From: Octopus sinensis
Taxonomy: Eukaryota
Length of the DNA: 64,000 nt
Assembly (NCBI RefSeq): GCF_006345805.1
Contig: NC_042997.1
Location: 35,774,001-35,838,000 of the forward strand
Direction of reading: 5' to 3'
The notes below the pieces were generated by a model. The model saw only the letters and a list, made by a program, of their open reading frames with translations, ran no database searches and was not told the origin of the DNA. Below, piece after piece: positions 40,544 to 53,996 of the stretch. Made by a program: the position numbers and the translations under genes. Positions within the stretch are counted from its first letter, which is position 1. Every line of letters starts with the position of its first letter.

Positions 40544-40628
40544 AACAAATCACAGCACATACCCAAGGCACAGAGAGCTGCGCTCGGTAGTGAAGTGAAA
40601 GCACGCTATAAAAATAAAACTACTGAAT
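40544..40628 (+). mobile_element. Second copy of the R4/Dong 3' UTR terminus with (TAA)n tail
   Basis: Nearly duplicates 40363-40450 and is followed by (TAA)n to 40700. Confidence 0.85.
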
Positions 40629-40663
40629 AATAATAATAATATAATAATATAATAATAATAATA

Positions 40664-40699
<36 letters not shown>

Positions 40700-40701
<2 letters not shown>

Positions 40702-41255
40702 CCCTGATGCAGTACCAGGCAGTGGCTCTCATGGCTTCTGATCTTAACTGATTGGAAGTGTTATCATGTACAGTATTTTGTCTTGGTATAAAAGATGGGC
40801 TACAGCAAATATTCTGCTCAATACCACAGATTTGCTTGTCAGTTGTTTGACCTTAACCAGTTGAGCATGTCCCTTAGTGGCTGACGATATGTGCATCTCT
40901 GATCACGAGCAGAAGTAGTGGGGGAGCATCATAGCCATGTGTTGAGAGGGATTCTTTGGGGTTTGAATAGTTCACCTCTGGCAACATGGGTGGTTCTTTC
41001 AACATCCTTAAACAACCCTTATTCAGGGATCGTTTGAGCGGGATGGGCTACTCAACCTGAAGAAAATTGTAACTGGGCCCCACCTGCAAGGTCATGTGCT
41101 GTTTATCTTGATATGAGATCACCATGTCGCGCACATATGGTTGTGATGCATGTGCCTGGTGTACCTTTATCAGACGGGTAGTCATGATGGCTATATTGGG
41201 CTTCGTATATTTTACCCCAGTGTCACTTTGATGGCATGAACTGCTCTCTCACTCA
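40700..41255 (+). mobile_element. ~555-bp non-coding (TAA)n-associated interspersed element, full copy
   Basis: GCCCTGATGCAGTACCAGG...CTCTCTCACTC followed by (AAT)n. Homologous copies at 37631-38197 (-), 30514-30968 (+) and 14215-14382 (+). Confidence 0.85.
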
Positions 41256-41282
41256 ATAATAATAATAATAATAATAATAATA

Positions 41283-41318
<36 letters not shown>

Positions 41319-41736
41319 GTTATTATTATTATTATTATTACTATTATTATTATCATCGCTGTTGCTGTTGTTGTTGTTATTGTTGTTATTACCATTATTT
41401 TTGTTATATTATTATTATTTTATGTGGAAGTACGAGCGCGACTGAAGGAGTTACAGTTTCGTGCGTCACCACTAATGAAGTTTGGTAAGCGCTAACGCCT
41501 GAAACTATCGATGCTGTGAATGTGTTAGATATAGTTTAATATATATATATATATGTTTGAGCTCCACTGATCCTCTCTGCATTACCAAACACATATATGC
41601 ATACATATGTGTGTGTGGTGTGTGTGTGTGTGTGTTTGTGTGTGTGCAGGTCGTCTAAGTATTCACAAGTCAGGAAAAATGCCATATGGTCTCTACATTA
41701 TATATAATATATCTACACTTTGTATCTTTCTCTCTC

Positions 41737-41769
<33 letters not shown>

Positions 41770-41791
41770 CTATCTATCTATCTATCTATCT

Positions 41792-41823
<32 letters not shown>

Positions 41824-42289
41824 CACACACATATATATATATAGATAGATATAATATTTCGTTTATGTATGAGGGAGAGAAAGAGAGGGAGAGATAGATA
41901 GCTACATAGATATTTATGTATAAAAGCATGTAATTTATAACGATTTCTATAATAATACATGTTCATTATTTTAAAAATTGAACATACTACAATGGCATGC
42001 ATCCTATAACAAGAGATGACGAATAATAGGTTCGGGCCTTCCTTCTCCAAATAATTGTATTATTATTGTGGTATATTCCATGAAATAGTGTTTACATTTC
42101 GTTCAGGCAAACATTCTTTGTCCACATCTCGACAAACATAACATGTGAACTTATTTTCAAATATTTCATATAACTCTTTTCCTTTTTTTAAATATATTCC
42201 AACTTCTTTATTGATAGAATTATATAGAGAACAATTATTTTCCTTCCAAGGTTAGAGCGTATATGTGATGCATTTGTGCATACTGTGTG

Positions 42290-42640
<351 letters not shown>

Positions 42641-43422
42641 AAATACGTTTCTGTAGATAGATAGACGGATAAATACATCTACACACACACATAACATATA
42701 CACAAACCTATATATATGTATACATAAAAATATATACGCACGTATGCGGGTTCATGCATATCTATATATTTCACATATGGAAGTATAGAAATAGTTAAAT
42801 ATATTTGCATACAGAAATACACAACCGGCATACATTTGAACTTCAATGAATATATAAAACACATATAATCTCGGAGTTGTCACATTGATCAAAATCAGCA
42901 AGATCTAACTGAAGGTTATAAACGTATGAAATCTGTTACCATTGGTAGAAATACAAGTGATACTTATAAACACTTCACATGGCGGATTTGTAAGACAATT
43001 GTAAGCCAGAGTCTCTCGTATGTTCTTCTAATAACCCACATAACTTATATGTATAGATGAGTCTGTGTGTGTTCAAGTACGTGCACACATACATAGTTAG
43101 AGAAACACTCACACATATGCAACTATGTACGTGGATATACGTTCAAACATGATATGAACAGAACACATATGCTATACTGCAATGAGTTGTGGATTGGGAT
43201 AACACGTTATTCGTCACCCGCTAGAGTTTTCGCTTTTAAGAAACAAGTGGATTAAGCAGGCTGGGGGCGGGGTGCAAATGGATTAAACAGTCTGGGAAGC
43301 AGATGAATTAAACAGGCTGGGAGAGCCTAACAAGATATACTAAACTATTCTCAGTTGTTTTTAACAAACAATTAAATGTGTGTATCTGTACATGTGTGCG
43401 CATATGTATGTGTATATATATA

Positions 43423-43654
43423 TATTTCTTTACTACCCACAAGGGGCTAAACACAGAGGAGACAAACAAGAACAGAAAAACAGATTAAATCGATTACATC
43501 GACCCCATTGCGTAACTGGTGCTTAATTTATCGACCCCGGAAGGATGAAAGGCAAAGTCGACCTCGGCAGAATTTGAACTCGGAACGTAACGGCAGACGA
43601 AATACGGCAACGCATTTCGCTCGGCGTGCTAACGTTTCTGCCAGCACGCCGCCT
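43423..43654 (-). mobile_element. SINE family B
   Basis: Colinear and highly similar to 21614-21845. Confidence 0.88.
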
Positions 43655-44445
43655 TCTGTATGTATGTATGTATGTATGTATGTATGTATGTATATGCATA
43701 CATATAATATATATCTAAATGAAGATTGGTATGATGTTTCCTTCTACGGCACCAATTTGTATAATTTGATTTCAAATCAAACTAATTTATACTGAATTTA
43801 GAAATAAAATTAAACTGACATGGTATGTTTTCTTCAATCAGTTGGAAATTATAGACGCCAAACAAGAAATGGGCAACAATTTACAAAAGGGATTAATTCT
43901 CACTTAATGTAATTTCTTTCAATTTACTGAGGTGTAAATAAATCAAATTACTTTCATGAATAGAAAAAAAGAGCGTTCTAGGAAAAGATGATATGACAAT
44001 CATAATAATATGTAATATTTCAATGGGAATAAATACAGTATAGCTAAAAGCAAAATAAATTCATTTGATAGTGACCATTGCAAATATTAATTACGGAAAG
44101 TAAAGTTCAATCAATGCAAATATGATTACGTTTACATATTAAATAATGATTTCAAATTTGAGGAAATTAGTCCCAAATAAAGGTAATAAAAGGAAATAAG
44201 ATTAATGATATTTTGGTCTTCAACTGATAAATAAATTTCACCGGATGATTTGTCAAGAATTTTTAAGACCACAAGACAATTTTCATAAGTGATCCCCAAT
44301 CACGTATTCTAAAACGAGCAATGGCCGACAATTAGGTTTTCTAATTTGTGTGCATACTTTTCGCAAGACCTTTGAACTTAATTAAACACACTACCGCACG
44401 AGCACACTCACGCACTCACACATACATATATACATACATACATAA

Positions 44446-44536
<91 letters not shown>

Positions 44537-45116
44537 CTCAAACAGACACATATATATTCATATTAACAAAGACGTATTTATGCATAGGCACAAACATACA
44601 CACTTTTGTGTATACGGTGTAGGTGTGTATAGAATTATGTATTTAAGAATATTGCATATGTACATACATTCTGATATATACATGCATATTTATATATATG
44701 TATATATGTATGTATACGCATTTCTCTATAATTTCATATATATATATATATAGTGTGTGTGTGCAAAATACAATTATTAAAATAATTACATGGGACAAGT
44801 AAGACTTGAATACATATGTATGATTTGGTCAATCAGTGATAATGAACGAGCAGATTTTACACGCATATTTGTATATATTCTTTTTGAATGTGTACAATAT
44901 ACTGGCAATGATTAATGAAATACGTAGAGTTATAGGGAATGCGCTGCAGATGAAAGAGCATGATGACTGTTGATGATTGTTGCGAAGGAATATAGAGTGT
45001 GACATGTAACGAATGAAACTAGCGAGGAAGATGATTGAAGTGTCTTAGTGGAAAAGCCGATAGTGTGAGCCAAGTAGAAAGGCGTGCAGTTAAACCATAC
45101 TGACATACAGATGGGT

Positions 45117-45527
45117 ACTCTCTTTACTCTTTTACTCTTTTACTTGTTTCAGTCATTTGACTGCGGCCATGCTGGAGCACCGCCTTTAGTCGAGCAAATC
45201 GACCCCGGGACTTATTCTTTGTAAGCCCAGTACTTATTCTATCGGTCTCTTTTGCCGAACTGCTAAGTCACGGGGACATAAACAAACCAGCATCGGTTGT
45301 CAAGCAATGCTAGGGGGACAGACACACAAACATATACACACACACATATATATATATATAAATATATACGACAGGCTTCTTTCAGGTTCCGTCTACCAAA
45401 TCCACTCACAAGACATTGGTCGGCCCGGGGCTATAGCAGAAAACACTTGCCCAAGATGCCACGCAGTGGGACTGAACCCGGAACCATGTGGTTGGTAAGC
45501 AAGCTACTTACCACACAGCCACTCCTG
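45117..45527 (-). mobile_element. SINE family A
   Basis: Near-identical to 29576-29986. Confidence 0.9.
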
Positions 45528-47039
45528 TAATGTATCTCAATCAACATAACGATGCCTGTTAAATAAAAATTGCGATATGATTTGTTACAATCAACGTTAT
45601 AAAGGATCATGAACGTAGTCGTGAATTTTCTCGTCTCTTAAGCCGAACATTTGTCAATTGTTTATCCTACAGTATTGCTTTGGTATAAAATTGATTTAGC
45701 ATACAAATGAATGTTCTCCTACCAGTGAGAATTATGTATATTAAATGATCAGTACAATCCAAACATACTGAGAAGAATGAATTCTTGGAATTTTAACCAA
45801 ATTTCTTTGGATATTAACACTGAATCTAAGCATATAATTCTCCGGTGCTTATAAAACAGCAGATAAATTCTTCATGTATCTGTATTTAGTAACATTCACA
45901 CAACTGACGAAGTGAAAAATAATGATAAATATAACATTATTTCACATCCGAACTTATCACGTTTTCTCAACTTTAATATCCAGGTCTAATTGTTTGATTT
46001 ACACGCAAATCTCACTAAAGAAGTTCTTATGCTCAATACCATGCCTTTGAACAAAAATAGAGCGTGGTTGACTTTTATTAGTTTTTGCTACGATTGAGTG
46101 AAGGTACTGGTACCCCCTCCGCTTTCGCCTTCTAAAGAATCATTTCATGCTTTTTGTTTATATTATTGACAGAAACATGGAATTCGCACCAGGATTCTAA
46201 TGCTCGTACGGGAGAGATAAGTGAAGCCTGAGTGAAACTGTTTATTATTCCTGACCATAACTACCATGTCTTTAAATACTATGTAATATTATATTTTTAA
46301 TATGCAATGTCCTTATTTAAGATCATATAGAGGTGTTTGAAGGAGATATGATTGCTATATGCAGCATTTCGAACAACCGCTTATGGACTATCTCGATGAC
46401 TCTTTGGTATTCGGAGACTGGTCACCATTCACGAAATATTTATATTTGTCACGTTTGCCTTTCAGATTCGGTTAAAAATTCGGACCCGAAAGTAATGGAT
46501 TTGCTAGATATGTTTTCATTGCCATCGTAATGAAGAGCTATTTTGGTTGCTGGCATGGAGTTAATAACATAAGGGAGAAAAAAATTGAATATAGATACTA
46601 GATTTTAAACTAATTACAATTGGTTATTGTGCAAATACATTAATAAATAAGATAATATGACAAAAGTATCAATATTCTAATAAACACGCATTATGTAAGA
46701 ACGATTTGCTTGAAATAAGAAGACAATAGTTGATTGATATATTTATAACAGCAGTTATATCTCCATTGAATAGCAGTGAGTCATTGCTAAAAATATAGAG
46801 TGGGGAACGACATGTCCAATTGAGTGATCTTACATACAATATTGTGAAACAGTATCTGTAGGAATGTCAATGGGTATATCTGGAATTGTCCTCAGAGGTA
46901 TAAGCGATGACAGCCGATTGGAAAACTGAGAGAAACCTGAAATGATTGCCGATAGTTATTATAACGTGAATCAATACCGAATTCGCGAAAGTCCTCGGTT
47001 TCCAAGTTTATAAACATACATGCCTATGTATATCTCTGT

Positions 47040-47255
47040 TTGTGTGTCTATGTCTGTCTTTATTCCCCCCTCGTCGCTTTATAACCGGTGTTTTTGTGCT
47101 TATGTCCCCGTAACCTAGCAGTTCGGCAAATGAAACGAATAGGTCCCAGTCATAAAATATGTAATAGTATCAATTGCTTCAACTAAAAATTCTTCACAGT
47201 TGTGCCCTGCATGACAGTAGTCTAATAACTAAATAAAGAGAAAGAGAAAGATGAA
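47040..47255 (+). mobile_element. Old SINE family A-related 3' fragment
   Basis: TTATGTCCCCGTAACCTAGCAGTTCGGCAAA resembles 27081-27110. A similar relic lies at about 15930-16130. Confidence 0.55.
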
Positions 47256-50200
47256 AGATAGTGAGGTCTAAAATTTATTGCTATATGACAGCAAACCTCA
47301 AGCAGACAGTAAACCTCAAGCATAGACACAGCTTGTATAAATAAAGCAAAATAATTAATACCAGATCAATAAACTTTTATAATGAACTCATGTCATCCAT
47401 TTTCTCCAGTAGTGAATTATTTAGAGACTCAGATTTGAAAACATTTTTATTTAACATTCAACGTGTTAGCAACACATAAAACTACATTAAGAGAAGCTAA
47501 GATGAGCATATGTGTAATAGCTTAAATTGTATAAATTTTGACCGGTTTCATTTTGAAACATGTCTCATGTACATACCTGATACATTCCTTCCCGCTACTC
47601 AGGTTGACATATATTATATATGTAACTTCTATTTCACGTTTTCCCCCAGTAGCAGCAACCAGATTTACGATCGAATGTCTGCGTATACTCACACATTAAT
47701 TTATTGATATATGAATACTGGTTAACAAGTGAATACTTGTTTATACGTATGTACACTCATATATGCATATATGTATGTACATCATTACATAGTTTTATTT
47801 CAAAATTTCTTACCAAAGTTCTTTCACTAGAATTCTAATATCGCCAACATAAAAGTTTTGTATGTAAGTACATGTGCTGGTTACTGTGTTTTCTTTTGCG
47901 TATGTATGTATGCATTAGCAGGTTTGTGTTCATATGTGAATGAATATATAGTGAGGTATGCTAACGGAATAATTAAATAGATTTAAGTGCCCTGCAACGT
48001 TGAGACAGTGCAAATGTATCACCGCTGTAATGAAATGAATTAGAGTAAAATTACCTCTACTCGATTCAGTTTTAATAAGACAAGATAATTAGCTACTTGG
48101 CTTTACACGTAAATTTAATGATTTGGGGAGTTGTTGTAACCGCAAATTACTAAAATGGAACTATGTCGATATTTAACTAAGTCTAGACATGTATTTTGAT
48201 TTGAAAGTCTATTCCGTAAAAATCGATCGTTATATAACTCAGCATTCTAAAGTTAACGAACTTATCTCGAATGATCACTCTTAATGTTGATTATTATTAA
48301 TATCTTATAATAAATTTGTATGATAATAACGGAGTGTTTCTAATAAGTAAGTTGATGGTAATAACATCAGAAGAGATTCTAGATGTCACTAAAGGTACGA
48401 AATCTACAAATGACAGGTGTGTAAGCATCATATTATTCGACATGGGAAATTATATTAATCAGTCAAGTATTCGGTGCCATATAATGTAATCTACTTATTA
48501 CCTTTTATAAAATTATAAACTTATGCCTATGTTAGAAAATACGATTTACTCTGTGTGTTGGCAAAATTGCTACAGTATTGAATTAAATGACATGGTGTAT
48601 TTCTTCTACTTATTGGTGTTTTGTGCTCACGTATGCTTAGCATTTTATCTCATGAAGAACTGGAGCCATCTCCAAACAATCTGAAGCCTTTCGATTATAT
48701 TACAAGTAATTAATATCAATATTGCTGAACACACCTTTTCTATCATTTCGTAATTGATAAAGAATTATTTATATTTCATCATAAGTCCTTAAATCCTTAA
48801 AAATGTTTTAGTCCGAAGACCGCGGCCATTCTGGGGCACCATCGCTGGAATAAATGTTAATAAAATCACGTTATTAAATTTAATTTGTAACATGTTTACT
48901 TGTGTTCTTGTTTCAGAAATGGCCTTTAAACGAGATGTTTTGTTATTTTGATTCAGTCGCGTAAAATGTTTTACAAATCTATTCAAATATGTAACGTTGT
49001 AAAAGATGACAAATTGTAAAATTCAGAAACGTTATCACATAAAGAGCAGATCAATAGCAGGGAACTCTACAGAAGAAAGTAATCAAAATTATAAAGGCAT
49101 ATCTTTATTTATTATAATTAAGAGCTTCCATCATCTGACATTCTGTGAGGAAAATATTTAAAGCCCTAAAACAAACACTGTTGGCAGCATAATATCAACT
49201 CATGTGAGAAATAACCGTCACTGTTTCAAGCAGAAATAACAGAAAGTATCAAAGACAACACCTCAAAAATGAACACCATAGTCACCATTATCCTTCAAAT
49301 TCCTGCAAATATAATAAATAACAAATATAATAACTAACGGACCGGTGGTGCTACTGATGATAGTAAGTCTCAAAAATCCTCCCCCACTATCACCAAAAAA
49401 TATGTTTCAACCGAGGTTGCTGCCGACTATTGCCAATACACATAAGGCAATAACGGTTTGCCAAACTATGCAGTCTTGGTTGAAATTTACCGTAAGCACA
49501 TTTACAAAACACAAAGACATCGTGTTACCATTTGAAATACTAGCTGTCTAGAAAGTAGTCAATGCCAAAACTTGATATTGACTATTCAATATAGGTGTGG
49601 GAAGTGGAAACCACATGTATTAAAAGCTTAATTGCAAAACAAGCATGAAAGAATAATGATACTGTAGTTCCGAACCTATGTAAGAACTAGGTGTCGTGGG
49701 CGTTGGGCATTGTCTTTAACTTAATGGAGAGGAGAATTCGAAAATAATAAGATTTTCAAGCCCCTCTTTGAAAGAGTATATATTAATTTCGCTTTCTGTC
49801 GAGACTAATAAAGGAGGTTGTCAACAACATGTTAACGGGAAAGTTGAGGTAAGAATGAACTGGCCTGATTCCAAATAGAGGTGCCAATACTAAATGCATC
49901 TCCAAAACCGCTACCACGTTTGTTAAAAAAGTTAAGATACACTAATGTTTGACAGACGTATAGATAATGAAAAGTTTTTATATTTTTTTGGTATTTTTTC
50001 CACGAGTAAATTTAAGAACGCTATGTAATACGTTGTTAGTTTTTAAATATCTTCGGAAAGATGAATATACAATTTACATGCTTCTTGATTAAAAAAAAAA
50101 TATTGATTTTTAATTTTTTATTTCTTTACTTTTTGTTAATTATAATTTAGATACGTACATTTATTCAATTACTCTTCTTTTTATAATTATTATATGTGAA

Positions 50201-50659
50201 CTGTGATTTAAAGCATTAAGCGTAGTTGCTTTGTGAAATAGTTTGTAACGTAAAATATTATAGTATAGGCAGTGAAAAGAGTAAAGCGTATTGAATTTAA
50301 CTATAATATTAAGTACTTTCCTTTTTCCCTTAATACGCGAAGTATTAGATCTCGAAATATAAATGCTAATTTATACGTTTTTATTTCAAAATATGCTTTA
50401 GTTCATAAATGTCTTTGAAAAATAAGTATACACTATAGTTAAGAAATAATGGTGAAGTTTATATGATAATTGATTAAAAAGTATGTATTTCTAATTTTTT
50501 TATTTGTTTATTATAATTTAAGATACATGTTTTTATTTAATTTTTCTTATTATTATAATTATTATATTTGAACTAAAATCTAAAAGCATTATCTGTAGTT
50601 GTTTTGGAAAATAGCTTATATCGTAAAATTTTATAGCATGGGTAATGAAATTTAATAAT

Positions 50660-50711
<52 letters not shown>

Positions 50712-51642
50712 TAATAATAATAATAATAATAAGTATTTTGTTTATTTTAACAATGACTGAAATATTAGTTTACTTATATAATAAGTTAAAATCGTTTGTG
50801 AATATATTTTTGAAATATATACAAAATACCATTGCAAGGCTGTTGTGGCAACGTTGCTGATATAAGATATAACTCTATACATGTTTTCTATAGAATTTAG
50901 TACATAGTATCTGATCAAATTAGATGTTTATTTAATTAATAAATTAATATATAAAATTTTAATTAATAAATATAGATTACATTATAAGAATTTAGCTTAA
51001 CTTAAGTAGATGATTTATTTTAAGTATTATTATTTTAATTAATTAGACTCTTATATTTTTCCAGTAAAGATATACTATAGTTTGTTAATATTATTCTCAA
51101 AACTAAAATATATACTCACAGATAAAATATTTTTTCTTTCTATTTACTCTAGTTTTTTACCTTAGGTTTTTAACATGATAATTGTATTATAGACACGTGG
51201 TCTTACTTTTTGAGTTCCAAATTTAGTTAACGGAGTTTCTTCTATATGAAGAATCATGTTTATATTTATTTAACAAAATTTATTAAAAATATGTTTTTAT
51301 TTAACTATTATTATTATTATTGTTGACCTGAGGAGCGACTATACTTTTAAATTAAATTGTTTTTTCATTAAATTTATATTTAATTGTAGTTATAGCCACG
51401 AAACGTACTTAGTTTTTTATCTATTATATAATGCTTATTTATTTTTTGTACTTATTTTTATCTAGATATGTTTTATAATATATTTTATTTTTTCTATATG
51501 ATATTGTTTATATCTATCATTGTTTGAATTACATAATAGTGATTTCTCTCTAATTTGCATATGTTAAATATTTATATTTTAAAATTGATTTAATACTAAA
51601 TTGCATTTTTCGCTGTATGTTTCGAGTTATACTCCCTAATAT

Positions 51643-51733
<91 letters not shown>

Positions 51734-52292
51734 GTGGATTATAAAAATACATTTCGAAGGATATATCATAAACAATTCATAATTTGTGGATACATGTTTG
51801 GCCATTGATATATTTGTAAATAAGATATGATATATACTTCGCAATGTATTTTTACATTCCTCTTTCATTATTTAATTTTTTCACTCATATCCGGTGCATC
51901 GCCGTGGCTCAATTTAATGATCTTTTCTTATTAACGCTGTCCATGTTTGAATTCAGAATTTGAACGTATAGATAGAGGTTGACACATTATTCTTGCCAGT
52001 CGGGACACACTTAAGTCCCAAGATATGTAATTTTGCGCCAATTTGTATCCACAGGACTACTCTCCTGAAGAGAAGAATGTAACCATTAGGTTCCTAACTT
52101 CGAAATTGCAATAGAAAATTAACCTTTCATTTAAAAGTTTTAACTTTTACGTCATGTCACCCGCCGACACTTTTATTGGGAAGAGATAGAAGATGAGTGG
52201 TTATAGTAGGCTTTTGGTTGTTTTGACTGCAATGTAAGGGTTTTTGCAACCTTCTCCTTTATCATTGTAATTTATTCATAATTATAGTCACT

Positions 52293-52338
<46 letters not shown>

Positions 52339-52342
<4 letters not shown>

Positions 52343-52585
52343 GCGCCATTTTAAAGCCTAGCCAGGCTCATGGGCCGGTTTCCCGGTTTCTATGGCGCAT
52401 GTGTTCCACAGCAGAACGGGACGCCAGTCCACCGCAGAATTACTCATTTTTGCCAGCTGAGTGGACTGGGGCAACGTGAAATGTGTTTTGCTCAAGAACA
52501 CAACGCGTCGCTCGGTCCAGAAATAGAAACCACAATCTTACGACAATGATGCTGATAGCCTAACCTCTAAGCCGCGCGCCTCCAC
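52339..52585 (-). mobile_element. tRNA-derived CORE-type SINE family D
   Basis: Minus strand has a GTGGAGGCGC..GGTTAGG head, CORE-like GTGTTCTTGAGCAAAACAC..CAAAAATGAGTA, and a GGACTGGCGTCCCGT segment. Confidence 0.8.
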
Positions 52586-52654
52586 GCGCACATACACACA
52601 CATATGTATATATAATATATATATATATAATATATATATATGTATATATACATA

Positions 52655-53397
52655 CAAGGCGGTTTCAAAAAGCTCCCGGACTGGTTCTGTAGAACCCTAA
52701 CAGATGGCAGCACACGGTTGCATGCGCAGTGGGAGAAAGCAGTGACGTTTTACTGAAGCATCGTTTTGCGTGAGATCGCTGTGTTTACTTCCCATTTTGC
52801 TAAATTTGTGTTTTTGTGATCACGTGCCACTTGTACTTTGTGAGGTTGTCATGGGCAGGAACAAAGAGCCAACGTAAAAGTGTGCAACAGAGAAATTCAG
52901 TATATTTCATCAATCTTACCACAACGAGGCAATTGGTGGTCTTGTGCATCGAAAATTCGCATCCCCACCACGAGGGAAGACCGTATGTCAAGATATCTAT
53001 AGCGGCTTGAGAGAGGACATTCGGAGAGAGTTACCGAATCAGAGGAGCATGAAGAATTGGATTCCTCACGAAGTCAATGCACCCTCTTGCTGAGCTGTCC
53101 TTATTTGTGAGCTTTTCGCCAGAAATGTTATCGCTTCTGCCCCCGCCCTATTCGCCAAATTTACCATCTGCTTACCTCCATCTCTCCCACAAGATGAAAA
53201 TGCAACTCGTTGTTAAGATCGAGAGCAAATCGCAGAAGGTCCTCATTTCGCTCAAGGGAAACAGCTTCTAGGCCGGATTCCAAATATCGCAGCAACGCTG
53301 GAGCCGGTACATTGCTTGAAGGATGATTAATTCGAAGGTACACAAGTTAATTTTTTATTAAAAATAACTATTTCTGGAACCTTTTGATAATGACTGG
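52655..53397 (+). mobile_element. Degenerate, internally deleted mariner element
   Basis: TA+CAAGGCGGTTTCAAAAAG left end with a degenerate complement near 53370-53397. Remnant motifs WIPHEVNAP (HDNAP-like), PPPYSPNLPSAYLHL (PPYSPDLAP-like), QQRWSRYIA. Confidence 0.7.
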
Positions 53398-53525
53398 CAT
53401 ATATATATATATATATTATATATTGATAAAAATGGTAAGACAACAAAGATGAAAGAGGCCTCGATATTATGTAAATAGAGGAATTTATCTGTAAATGTAA
53501 TATGAGACAATTATTCGGTACTCAT

Positions 53526-53585
53526 GATAAAACTCCGAGTTTCGGATGCCGAGTATGATATCCACGCCGGCATTCTTCAGTTCCC
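53526..53585 (-). ncRNA. Hammerhead motif, second copy of the 10574-10634 family
   Basis: Minus strand GGGAA-CTGAAGA-ATGCCG..CGGCAT-CC-GAAA-CTCGGAG-TT-TTATC. Confidence 0.55.
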
Positions 53586-53602
53586 CGGCATCAGAAAAAA
53601 TG

Positions 53603-53651
<49 letters not shown>

Positions 53652-53653
53652 AA

Positions 53654-53749
<96 letters not shown>

Positions 53750-53996
53750 CGTGTGAGTGTGTGTGTTTGTGTGTGAATCAGATATTCTCCCTAAATGAAT
53801 AAAGTTAGTGCTGAAGGTGTTAAAATTTTAGTGGGTGTAGAAGAAAATGTAAAGATAAGCAAGTTAGATCAAAATATAAAGTATATTAAAAATATGTAAT
53901 ACAAACATTGTATATTGTTTACGTACATTAAATACAAATGCCTGAGAGCATAAAAAGGAGTTGAAAAAAATCTGTGTGTGTGCGCGCGCGCGCGCG

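Noticed and set aside
40700-40760. HDV-like ribozyme at the 5' end of the 555-bp element
   Set aside because: Partial P2/P3-like pairings exist, but I could not build a convincing P1/P1.1/P4 by eye, so it is left as a test only.
41468-41515. CTAATGA...GAAAC hammerhead-like string (similar weak cases near 27500-27540 and 62725-62795)
   Set aside because: Stems I and II do not pair convincingly.
43249-43324. CRISPR-like repeat-spacer pattern
   Set aside because: Only three degenerate short repeats, spacers too short, eukaryotic context and no cas genes.
47286-47322. 18-bp tandem duplication GACAG(C/T)AAACCTCAAGCA
   Set aside because: Ordinary slippage duplication.
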